A DNA stretch of 26,278 nt, counting the filler, from Ionaspis alba (taxonomy: Eukaryota): NCBI GenBank assembly GCA_964255285.1. It is 11 parts of 11 records of this genome, joined end to end, with 100 filler letters (N's around TTAATTAATTAA, not from the genome) between each part and the next. Parts side by side here need not be neighbours in the genome. Positions count along the whole stretch, not along the records: positions 10,045 to 12,368 come from CAXUUL010001276.1; positions 12,469 to 14,781 come from CAXUUL010001277.1; positions 14,882 to 17,180 come from CAXUUL010001278.1; positions 17,281 to 19,544 come from CAXUUL010001279.1; positions 19,645 to 21,853 come from CAXUUL010001280.1; 6 more parts are not named here. One strand, given 5' to 3'. Positions 10,366-20,868 of this stretch are shown here, one piece after another. A program made the position numbers and the translations under genes. The notes beneath the pieces are model-generated. The model was not told the origin of the DNA and ran no database searches. It saw only the letters and a program-made list of their open reading frames with translations. How positions within the stretch are numbered: the stretch's first letter is position 1; each line of letters starts with the position of its first letter.

Positions 10366-11978
10366 ATGGCTCAAAGCTCTGCCATTCCTCCGTCCAACGC
10401 CGAGTATGGTGGAGGCAAGTATACCTCTCTGCACTGATGAGCAAGTCTAATCTCAATCCTAGATGAGATATCTGCCCTCGTCCTCGATCCAGGCTACTCG
10501 ACCACACGCGCTGGTTTTGCAGGCGAAGATGTGCCCAAATCCGTCGTCCCCTCCTTCTACGCAGTCGTCCCCTCCAACTCAAGCAAGAAATACCTCTACG
10601 GCGACAACTCGATACACAATCCATTGCCCGGCATATCGATAGGGAACCCAATGGCAAAGGACGGCACAGTAGAGGACTGGGACACGGCTACGAACTTATG
10701 GGAATTTGCTATCACATCACGACTCACGAACCCCAAACCACGGAATCCTCTGACTAACGGCCTCAATGATCCCAACGTGAAGGACGAAGGCTACGCGATG
10801 GAGATGGAAGGCGTAGAAAGCAACGAGAAGCCATTAGAGGAGAATCCTCTGCTGATGACAGAAACGGGTTGGAATGCAGGGAAAGGCCGAGAAAAAGGCA
10901 TCGAAATAGCCATGGAAAACTGGGGCTGTCCCGCGTACTGGCTCGCGCGGAACGGCGTCCTATCAGCGTGAGTACCAATCACCTCTCATCCAAAGCCCCT
11001 CCAAATCCCAATCCTCACCAAACCCGCAGTTTCGCAGCCGGCAAGCCCTCCGCCCTCGTAATCGACCTCGGCGCCTCCTCCACCTCCATAACCCCCGTCC
11101 ACGACGGCCTCATCCTCCGCAAAGGCGTGACCCGCTCCCCCCTCGCCGGAAACTTCATCTCCGACCAACTCCGCCTCCTTTTCTCCACCTCCAATCCTCC
11201 AATCCCACTAACACCGCACTACCTCGTAACCTCCAAAACCGCCGTCGACGCCGGCTCCCCGGCCCTCGCCACCTACCGCTCCTTCAGTCCCGGCACCGCA
11301 CCCGATGCCACCTTCCGCCGTCTCCAAGAAGAACGCCTCCTAACCGAGTTCAAAGAAAGCGTCGTCCAAGTCTGGCCCGGCCCAGGCCGTCTCGCAGGCC
11401 ACTCCCCTACGGGGGCTGCGAACGAAGAAGTGGCGAAAGCGCAGCCAGGTCGCCCGTTCGAAATGCCCGATGGCTGGAACCAGATGTTCGGCCCCGAGCG
11501 CTACCGCGCCACCGAGGGCCTCTTCGACGTCAAAGCCGCTTTGTCGTCCGATACCCAGCCGCCGCCTAGCCAGGGCCAGTCGCTCCCGGCGGTTATCCAG
11601 TCGGCGCTGTCGCAGGTGGATGTGGATATTCGCCAGCATTTGTTGGCGAATGTGGTGGTTACGGGTGGAGCGAGTCTGACGCAGGGGTTTGCGGATCGCT
11701 TGAATCAGGAGTTGACGACTATGTATCCGAGTCCAAGAGTGAGAATTGCGGCGCCGGGGAATGTTTATGAGAGGCGGTTTGCGAGTTGGATTGGGGGGAG
11801 TATTTTGGCGAGTTTGGGGACTTTTCATCAGGTATGCTTTCTAGTTCCATTTAATAATAGATGGTGTTGTTCTCTGTTGAGGGTGTGCGGTGGCTGATGG
11901 TTCTTGGTGTAGATGTGGATCTCGAAGAAGGAGTATGAGGAGCATGGGGCTGGAATCGTGGAGAAGAGGTGCAAGTGA
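10366..11978 (+). CDS. ARP4: Actin-related protein 4 (NuA4/INO80/SWR1 subunit), complete, 473 aa, 4 exons
   Basis: Exons are 10366-10414, 10463-10967, 11030-11831 and 11913-11978. The spliced protein has [61 protein letters not shown] and [33 protein letters not shown]. Intron 1 has a GC donor. Confidence 0.96.
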
Positions 11979-12368
11979 TTGGGAAATATGTGTACGGATG
12001 TCGGTGGCGTCTTGCCTTGGGGGCCAATTGCCGGTCGAGAAAGCAATCAACAATATTAAGTTTCAATATACATTTCCCTCATTCTAGGGTCGTGTGTCAC
12101 AGCCAAAGCCCGAAAAATCAATTCCGTGAGTCCTTGAAAGGTCAATTAAAATTACCATATATATATGCTACCAGGAGAATTCTCCCATACACAAAAACAC
12201 CTATTCCAATCCTATCCCAGCGCCACGCCGGGTATGCTGCACAGCTCAAGTCCAAAACAAGCCTACGTGGCCAGTAACACTCATTTCAACCCCAAGCCCG
12301 AGCCCGCACCCTCTCCCAGCTACGTCTTCAAAAAATTCTTCCGACTAATCCACACCCCATCCCTACCC

Positions 12369-12468
12369 NNNNNNNNNNNNNNNNNNNNNNNNNNNNNNNN
12401 NNNNNNNNNNNNTTAATTAATTAANNNNNNNNNNNNNNNNNNNNNNNNNNNNNNNNNNNNNNNNNNNN
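12369..12468. other. Artificial contig spacer
   Basis: N44-TTAATTAATTAA-N44. Confidence 0.99.
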
Positions 12469-13081
12469 GGGCCACAAGACAACAAGGTCTATGTATCAAT
12501 TATATATACTGCTACAGCTGCTACTCCAGCGCCAACATAATACAACCCGCCCTGTCTACGCAAAGAAGTTTTCTGAGGCATGTCCTCGATAATGTTGATT
12601 GCCGAATAGTGTGCTGCTGTGGCTGTTTTCCCTTTGAAGTCCATGTGTTCATCCAGTTGCCGGAGCCAAGCAGATGTTTGAAGCTCGTAATTCCTCGCAA
12701 TCCATTTGCTCTGGGGGTCTGATATTTGTTTGCGTGCGGATTTATTAGGGGATTGACACAACGGGATAGGTCTGGTCGGTGGGACAACATAACCTTGTGC
12801 CCTCCTTGTTCGTTCATTGTTGAGAGCCGTCTTACATAATGTTTACAAGCTTTCTGACCAAACGACCATAGATCTGGTGTACCACTCCTATACGCCAAAG
12901 ATAATCTCTACTGTGTTATTCCTGCAGCCGATGTTGACGTTACAAAGACACCTTCTGACTTTCTAACGACTTCGTCAAACGATTTACTACAAACATCGAC
13001 TCCTCGCTTAGAACCCCTATTTGTCAACGGATTCGTGACTACCCGTCCCGCCTCACGTGATTGCACCTCCCATAGCAAAAA

Positions 13082-13920
13082 ATGCTTATCAATGAATCAA
13101 CCGGTGAGTAGAATCTTGCGTACTAGAAGCTACTGCACATTCACTGACTTTCGTCAGCAATATCGACAAGCAAGGTGCTCCTTGTTCCATACTGTAAACA
13201 CCATGTCCCGACCTACCACGAATGGATGCAAGACTCGGTATGATCCTCTTACTCGATCAAGCAGAACCACCGGCTTAGCTGAAGTAGGAAATCCAAGCAG
13301 CCACGGCCTCGGAACCCCTCACCATCGAAGAGGAATACTCCATGCAAGGTAGCTGGCGTCTTGATGCCGACAAGCTAACCTTCATCCTCTGTTTGCCGCT
13401 CAATGCGCCAACCACCCAAATAATTGGTGGCCAGCATGACCGCCCTCAACAACTGCTCGGTGATATCAACCTGTTTCTCACGAAGTCTGACGATGGTAGA
13501 GCACTCGGGGAGATTGAGCTCATGATCGCGGTCAAAATATCTCAAGGCCAGGGCTATGGCCGGGCAAGCCTGCTCACCTTTCTCCGCTACATTGTGGAGC
13601 ATGAGGCAGTCATCCTTGCGGAATTCCGAGACGCTGACATGGAACCTGATGAATTACCGCTGGAGTATCTAAGGGTCAAGGTTGGTGAGACAAACCTGCG
13701 CAGTATTGCTCTCTTTGAGAGTGTCGGATTTCAGAAGGTTGGAGATGTCAACGTTTTTGACGAGATTGAGCTACGCATGAATGGAGATTGGAGGGCTACG
13801 GTCGTAAAAGCCGTGGAGACGTATGGTCTAGAGGGTTATGAAGAACTAGAGTATCTGAGTTCTATGGTCAGCGGCGGAGAGGGCGGAAATGAGGCGCTGG
13901 CGCTGATGATGGAGGAGTAG
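13082..13920 (+). CDS. NAT9: NAT9-like GNAT N-acetyltransferase, complete, 244 aa, 3 exons
   Basis: Exons are 13082-13103, 13158-13237 and 13288-13920. The protein reads MLINESTAISTSKVLLVPYCKHHVPTYHEWMQDSEIQAATASEPLTIEEEYSMQGSWRLDADKLTFI..GDINLFL..GEIELMIA..QGQGYG..NLRSIALFESVGF. Confidence 0.92.
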
Positions 13921-14276
13921 AGGCACTCTTCTTGGAGTGCTGCGGAGACTAAAGTTCCCTCGAGCTTGGTAGATGATGTAAGAATATTGTGAGTAGGCAC
14001 TGGGCGGGAAACCAGGCGGAATGCCGAATCATGCATAGGTACCTAGACCAGTGTATGCGGGAGAGCATACCACAGCATTGTTTATCATGGCTGGATACAA
14101 ACGTCCATTGTGACGAGAAGAGAACTTGTTCCACTATGCAGTGAGACGATGCTGCTGTCCTTGAGCACTCTCAAGCCAATACATGCCTCCCAACCTCACG
14201 TCGGAGGGTCACCTAGTTTAAGCTCAATGTTGCTCCTTCTCGCCCACACTCTCCCTAATTTTCCAGCGCCCAAACT

Positions 14277-14645
14277 CTAGTCTCTCTTCGCCTTTTTGTT
14301 CTTATTCGAGACGTCCGTGATATTGAATCCTAACACCATATCTGTGAGAACCGTGGCTTATTTCCAATTGCATTCCTCCATAACGCACCAGGAGGTAGAC
14401 TTTGCTTCAATTTGTCCGCCTTATCCGAGTCTGTCAAGACGAGCGTGTACAGCAACCGATGACACCGGACTTTGAACTTGATCTGGCCAGTCTTCTTGTT
14501 GCGCTTTATCCGTGCAGCTAGAATTTCGTCTCCGTCAGTCGCTATTCTACTAGTTCCAGGACAAGAATATATGAAGCTTACACGCTGCATCTTTCCGTCG
14601 ACAGATCTCGATGAACTGCTTGATGTCTGACACCTTCTGAGGCAT
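14277..14645 (-). CDS. RPL38: 60S ribosomal protein L38 (eL38), complete, 81 aa, 3 exons
   Basis: Exons are 14645-14582, 14517-14389 and 14329-14277, giving [81 protein letters not shown]. Confidence 0.97.
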
Positions 14646-14747
14646 GACGGGCAAGAGCGTTGGGATCGTGGTGAGAAAGTCGTCGGTGGCGCAGAATTCG
14701 TGGTTTTGGACCCAAAGTTTTGTGGATGTTGTTAGCGGACTCGAAAA

Positions 14748-14777
14748 CCCTTAGCGTCGGCTGTCAAGCCACGTGGC
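14748..14777 (-). promoter_or_regulatory. Candidate RPL38 promoter elements: E-box palindrome GCCACGTGGC plus a telobox-like CCCTTAG
   Basis: GCCACGTGGC at 14768-14777 and CCCTTAG at 14748-14754 lie 100-130 nt upstream of the ATG. Confidence 0.35.
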
Positions 14778-14781
14778 GCAG

Positions 14782-14881
14782 NNNNNNNNNNNNNNNNNNN
14801 NNNNNNNNNNNNNNNNNNNNNNNNNTTAATTAATTAANNNNNNNNNNNNNNNNNNNNNNNNNNNNNNNNNNNNNNNNNNNN
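14782..14881. other. Artificial contig spacer
   Basis: N44-TTAATTAATTAA-N44. Confidence 0.99.
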
Positions 14882-14932
14882 CCATAAAACTCAAAAATAT
14901 TGGCCCCCTATTCTCACCTGTAATTAATAAGA

Positions 14933-15056
14933 TTTAGCCACCTCTTACTCGACCTTGACAGGTTTTTAAAAAAAATTCTTTAAATTAAAATTAATTTTTT
15001 TTATTTCGGATTATTTTAATTCCGAAATAAAATTAAATTTATTAGCTGTGGCTAAA
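14933..15056. repeat. AT-rich segment with nested inverted repeats (possible MITE/transposon remnant)
   Basis: Outer 9-bp inverted repeat TTTAGCCAC (14933-14941) / GTGGCTAAA (15048-15056). Inner 12-bp inverted repeat TTTTATTTCGGA (14999-15010) / TCCGAAATAAAA (15021-15032). The segment is much more AT-rich than the rest of the window. Confidence 0.55.
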
Positions 15057-15452
15057 ACACTTGGACCAGGCAGGATGGTTGTACTAATTGCTGGGACTTG
15101 GCTCGTTGTCAGCCCGGCAGTGTATTTGGTCACCACACATGGTCCGAGATGGAGAAGGGAAAAAAGCATGGAGAATAGAGGCGTCGTTGAGCCGTGAAAA
15201 GCCTGGAGAGCTGTGGCACCGGACTATCAGGGACACAACTATTCATCCGGTCCTATTTCAAGTTGTACTACTTGTACGTGATCAAGAAAGGTACTTTCCC
15301 CTCCAAGACTACGGGCAAAGAGGATCACATATTGACAAAACAAGGCCTGGGTAGCCATTTAGCAACGAAGAAGTCCTGTATATTCACGTTTCATCGTTTT
15401 TCATTTGTCAGTTCTACTTAACTCCTTCCATTAGCTCGGCCTACATTGACCT

Positions 15453-17180
15453 TTATGCCTCTGGCCTCATCCTCATCATGAGCTTTGCATCGGTGTCTAT
15501 GAATACGTTTTCGTCTGCATAACTGGTCTTGGGCCGTGTCTTGCCCGCTGGATATTTGAACTCATACTCGACTAGCAGGCGAGAAAGCAGCATTTTGATT
15601 TCGTGAACAGCAAAATAGCGACCGGGGCAGGCTTGACCCCCATAGCCAAAGGCGAGACTGGTGGGATCGCTCTGGCCAGCAGTAAATTTCAATTTATGCT
15701 CTCCATTGCCGGCGTATCGTTTGCGATAATTCCTCATGGGGTCAAACGTGTCTGGGTCGTTTATCGTGTTGGGATCATTCGCATGATGATGCCCTGCCCA
15801 CGCAATTTTTGCTCCTTGCGGGATATGTGTCCCATCTTTCAAGGTAACAGGCACCAACGCATACCTCTGAGGTCGTACTAATCGCTACGTGAGTAGGTTC
15901 AACGCCACACAAGAAAGAAACATGTTGGACGTACGAAGAATTGGTGGGGTAGTTCTCTGGCTCTCCACGAGGAAACTATCCATCTTCTCAAGTTTTGCGA
16001 TCCATTGCCTTGTTGTCAGGTCTTTCTGCTGGCCTAAACAACCGTAGGTCTTGTTCACCTCATGTATCTCATCAATCAAGACAGGAAACCACTCCGGGTG
16101 AGCGCAAAGATCGAACAGAAAATTGCTCGCAGCCAGTGCAGTGGTGTGGATACTGGCGAGCGTCAAAGCGCACTGGCGAGCCGCCATCTCATCAATGTCG
16201 TTTTCCTTTTCCGAACCGTTGTCGATCATCCAGCCCAACAATGTCTCCTCCGGCTCATATCCTTCGGCTTTGGCTTGTTTGTATTTCCGTATTACATCAC
16301 CCACAACCCTCTTGCCAATTCCCATCTGGTTCCGGAGCCGCCAGCGGGCTGGAATGAGATGGGCGACAATGGGATGCAACCACGGGGGAAACATGCGCAT
16401 CGTGAAAGCTGTCATAAACAGATCGATGGAGAAGTCGATCGAGACTTGAAGCCATTCCATGTCTCGACATGCAGGGTATCCTACAAACACCTTGGCCGAC
16501 ATACGAGAGACGAGCATTCGTATGGATTGTTGAATATCCACTTCGGTCCATTCTAGTCCATCGTTAATCAAAACCACCTCTATCGTCATGAATGTCATAA
16601 GTGAAAAACCTGCCTTCTGGCTTAGGAAGGTCGATATCCCATGCATACTCAAGCTCGGATCTAGCGAGATCCACATACTTGTTCAATTCAGGAGTCAATT
16701 TGTTGTTGAGAACACGGAAGATAAGCTCTGAGTGGTACATGAACTCTGTGAACGTCCATTTTGGAACGAGATTCTATCAAGCATTATTAATGCCAGTGCC
16801 CATAAAACGCATTTTAGATCTGACCCCAACTCACCGCGACTTGTGGAATCTTTGAATTGAGTTTGTTTCGCGGCATGACGCGAACCTCCTCCAAGTACTT
16901 GGCAGGGAGAACGGTTATATCGGCGTCATATCTACGGACCACGTACGGACTATTCTTAAACTATTACAATATGTCAGCAACGACGGAGCAAAGAAAGTAA
17001 GTTCAGCATACCTTATCGTATCCGCTCGATATAATGTCATAAGCGCTGAAGACAAATCTGATCTGCAGTAATAATGCAGGCTCCCATGACCATCGTTTTC
17101 CTTGGACCGGGGCGCCGGCAATTGTAGGGTTCTGCTTCCTACCTATAAGGACAGAGAAAGCCCAGTATAGACCAATCACC
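15453..17180 (-). CDS. Cytochrome P450, ent-kaurene oxidase (CYP503 / Fusarium P450-4)-like; N-terminus truncated; 5 exons
   Basis: Exons are 17180-17012, 16960-16835, 16773-16614, 16552-15935 and 15877-15453 (about 498 aa visible). Motifs: WEPALLLQIRFV, IISSGYDKFKNS, LTLASIHTT (I helix), DSFLVESQR (ExxR), FDPMR and FGYGGQACPGRYFA (heme Cys). Intron 3 has a GC donor. Confidence 0.93.
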
Positions 17181-17280
17181 NNNNNNNNNNNNNNNNNNNN
17201 NNNNNNNNNNNNNNNNNNNNNNNNTTAATTAATTAANNNNNNNNNNNNNNNNNNNNNNNNNNNNNNNNNNNNNNNNNNNN
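17181..17280. other. Artificial contig spacer
   Basis: N44-TTAATTAATTAA-N44. Confidence 0.99.
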
Positions 17281-17654
17281 GGTAAGCTGAAAAGAATCCT
17301 GCGAGGCTGGCTGGAGGCGATGTTAGTGGCAGTAGATGGCGGCTATTGAACTCCCGTCTTACTCGGGAGATAAGAGTCAATCGAGCGGTAAGCACTAGAC
17401 TGTGATCCTCAAGAGCCGATTCTAGAGATGGAGTGAGCTTGGACAACGTGGGTCTTGTTGACATCTGCGGTGTCATCTGGTATTATACCATATCCTACTT
17501 TATTAAGACTTAAGTTTGGTTTGTTTCTCTGCAATTGCATACGTTGATTACGGTCCAGCTGACTTTCCAAGCACGCCACTCCGGAAATCCATGTGGCAGG
17601 ATCTGTCAGGACTGCAAGTGAGACGAGCTGAACGACCAGGCCTAGAACAATCCT

Positions 17655-19544
17655 ATGGCGATGCATTCAGACGCCAGGCTGAGTGCTGTTGCGTTTCTCC
17701 TTCTTTCTCTTGTCTATGTCCTCCGCTCTCTTTCTTTCTCTCAGTACATCGAGTCAATCATGCCGGCAGACAAGCCTTCTCTCGTTTCACGTATCCTCAT
17801 TTGGATATTTAAAGGCGTCAATCAACTTGTAGCATGGCATAGATTGCCTAAGTACATTGGTGCTATCAATTTACTTGCTTATCGTGATGAACTACGTGCT
17901 TACAACCTCTATGATGTATACCCTGATGAGTCTTTCCAAGGCACGACAGAAACGGAACCTATACCGGATACCAGATACCTCGGCATACGTGAATCAGACG
18001 GAAAGTTCAACGATCTCAAAGAACCTCGAATGGGCTGTGCTGGCATGCGATTTGGTCGAAATGTACCTCGAAAGGATACCAAGCCACCGAATCACGATGA
18101 GCTCCTCAATCCAAACCCTCGATTGATCAGTGAACGACTTCTTGCACGCCAGCCCGGTCATTTCAAGCCAGCAACCATTGTGAACCTCCTAGCTGCAGCA
18201 TGGATCCAATTCCAAACACATGATTGGTTTTCACACTATACAAGTGAGGATGAAAAGGTAGAGGTTCCTTTACCCAAAGGGGACCCGTGGTCCGAGCCTG
18301 AGATGAGAGTTGCTCGCACTCAAGCAGATAAACCTCTTGACACAACGGACGAACAATTTCCTGCTTACCGGAATCAAAGTACTGCCTGGTGGGATGGTTC
18401 CCAAATCTACGGCTCCAGCGAAGCCAGGACAATAGAACTTCGCGGCCACTCTGTCAATGGCAAGCTTACTCTAGACTCCAGTAAGCCTGGCACCTTCCTC
18501 CCTCGAGATGCGAATGGCATTCCCGACACTGGCTTCAGCAACAACTGGTGGATTGGTCTCGAACTTATGCACACTCTCTTTGCTCTCGAGCACAATGCTA
18601 TATGTGACGAACTCCACGAGAAACATGCCGAATGGTCATCTGATCAACTCTTTGACACCGCTCGCCTCATTAACTGCGCGCTGATGGCAAAAATCCACAC
18701 CGTAGAATGGACTCCTGCCATCCTCAACCACCCAACCCTCCAAGTCTCAATGGACGCCAACTGGTGGGGACTCATGGGCGAGAAAGTGCACAAACTTCTG
18801 GGCCGTCTCGCCCCCAGCGAAACCCTCTCCGGCATCCCGGGCTCAGGCGCCGATCAAGGCGGAGTCCCTTACTCTCTAACGGAAGAATTCGTCTCCGTCT
18901 ACCGCATGCACCCCCTAATCCCGGACAACATCGCCTTCTTCACCCTCAAAGACGGCGCCCACGCCTCCACAATTCCCATCCAAGACCTAGCCTTCACCCA
19001 CGCCCGCGATCCCCTGACCAAATCTCAAAAACCCCTCGACTAGGCGGACGTCATCTACTCCTTCGGTCTCAATTTCCCGGGTGCCATCACCTACCGCAAT
19101 ACCCCTTCCTTCCTCCGGAACTTGCATCTTCCAGACGGCACCCACCTCGACATGGGCGTCGTCGATATCCTGCGCGATCGCGAACGCGGCGTCCCCCGCT
19201 ACAACGCTTTCCGCCGACTCTTCCATCTCCCGGCTATGAAAACTTTCCCAGCGCTCACAGGCGGTGATGAAGCTCTTGCGGCTGAACTCGCTACCGTTTA
19301 CAACAACGATATCGAGAAAGTCGATCTGCTCATCGGGACCTTGTGTGAGCCTAAGCCTAAGGGATTTGGGTTCTCCGATACAGCGTTTAGGGTTTTTATC
19401 CTCATGGCTTCGAGGCGGTTGAAGAGTGATCGGTTTATTGCTACGGATTTTAAGCCGGAGGTTTATGGGAAGGAGGGGTATGAGTGGGTGCAGAGTAATA
19501 CGATGGTAGATGTTTTGGGGAGGCATTTTCCGGAGTTGAGGGGG
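17655..19544 (+). pseudogene. Fatty-acid alpha-dioxygenase-like heme peroxidase (peroxidase-cyclooxygenase superfamily), intronless, one in-frame TAG at 19041-19043; 3' end truncated by the contig
   Basis: Motifs before the stop: WHRLP, DGKFNDL, FGRNV, AAAWIQFQTHDW, TAWWDGSQIYG, EHNAICD, AKIHTVEWTPA, VPYSLTEEFVSVYRMHPLIPD. After the TAG the same frame continues with RDRERGVPRYNAFRR, VDLLIG and GFGFSDTAFRVFILMASRRLKSDRF. Start is ATG 17655 (hydrophobic N-terminus) or 17760. Pseudogene status is provisional. Confidence 0.88.
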
Positions 19545-19644
19545 NNNNNNNNNNNNNNNNNNNNNNNNNNNNNNNNNNNNNNNNNNNNTTAATTAATTAA
19601 NNNNNNNNNNNNNNNNNNNNNNNNNNNNNNNNNNNNNNNNNNNN
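19545..19644. other. Artificial contig spacer
   Basis: N44-TTAATTAATTAA-N44. Confidence 0.99.
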
Positions 19645-20602
19645 ATCCTTCCCTCCCCCTTCACCTCCACCAGGCAAATACGTCACATTCGGATTCCCGG
19701 CCAACGTCTGCGCAATCTCCCTACTGGCCTCAATCCTCCTAATCATAATCAACCCATCCCCGGCCTTCGCCACCGCCTTACTAATAATATCCGCACTCTC
19801 CGCCTCTCCCTCCGCCCGGATAACATTCGCCTGCCGCTCCTGCTCCGCCTTCTCCACAATGAATCGCGCGCGCTCGGCATCCTGCTGCGCGATCTGCTTC
19901 TGCTCCACCGCTTTGGTGAATTCCTTTCCGAACGTCATGTGCGTTATGGAGACGTCTTCGAGGGCGATGTTGAATTCCGAGGCGCGTTTGAGAAGGTCGG
20001 TCCGGATGCGGGCGGAGACGGCTTCGCGTTGCGTGATTAGTTCCGCTGCGTCGAATTGGGCGACTATGGCTTTGAGGACTTCGTTGCCGATGGAGGGGAG
20101 GACGCGCTCGTCGTAGTCGAGGCCGAGGGACTGGGCGGGGGTCGGGAGTGTTAGTTGATGCTGATACCAAGGGGATAGAGATTTCGGAGGAGAAAGGGAT
20201 GAAAAAGACTTGGAATGGGAAAGAGGTTGTTGTGGGAGAAGTGTGGAGGACGATGAAATAGAGAAATGCTTTCACTCATACCTGATAGATCTTGGGCAAC
20301 ATCTTAACCTCCGGCCGATGTAGCACCCTGAGCGTCAAGCTCACCATCTGCAAATCCTTGCTTCCCGTCGTCGTGCTAATATTCCTCGGTTTTGTACGCA
20401 CATCATAGATGATGCTCTTCTGCAGCCAAGGCACTAGAAAGTGCGTGCCTTCGTTGATGACAGTGTCCTTGACTCCGGACAGTCGGTCGAAGATTACCGC
20501 TCGAGATCCGCCCTTGACGTCGTAGATGGAGGCTTGGGCGAAGGAGAAGCCGATGGCGAGGGGGATTGCGTAGCGGTAGACTGCGCCGAGGGCGTTGGCC
20601 AT
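19645..20602 (-). CDS. PHB1: Prohibitin-1; last few codons missing
   Basis: Exons are 20602-20282 and 20130-19645, with a 151-nt GTATGA..CAG intron. Motifs: [59 protein letters not shown] and [20 protein letters not shown]. Confidence 0.97.
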
Positions 20603-20868
20603 GTTTGGCGGATGGTAGAATAGTAGAAGAGGGTGGTGGGAGGTTTGAGGGTGGTATTTTGGAGTGGTAGAGTAGGAAGGGCAAGGGTGACGGAGAATAT
20701 TGAAGTCAAGCTTGAAAGCGGTTTAGCGCGTTTTGCATGCTTGATGGGCTTGGCGTTTTGACGTTCTTGAGGTTCGCCATCCGAATCATCAGTATCGACA
20801 CCCTTCTTTCGTTCAATCGCACTTCGCAATCTCTCCTTTGTCAACTGAAAGAGAGCTAGACAGACATC
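20603..20868. promoter_or_regulatory. Short intergenic region between divergent genes, likely bidirectional promoter (PHB1/QCR8)
   Basis: Only 266 nt separate the two divergent start codons within one contig. Confidence 0.6.

Noticed and set aside
12489..12581. Small minus-strand ORF MPQKTSLRRQGGLYYVGAGVAAVAVYIIDT with a hydrophobic stretch
   Set aside because: Only 30 codons with no splice or family support. Sharing its first bases with RPL38 looks coincidental.
18960..19043. Intron removing the dioxygenase TAG (CTGAC upstream, TAG as acceptor)
   Set aside because: There is no credible GT or GC donor between the YRMH motif and the stop. The nearest GT would delete the catalytic Tyr/His.
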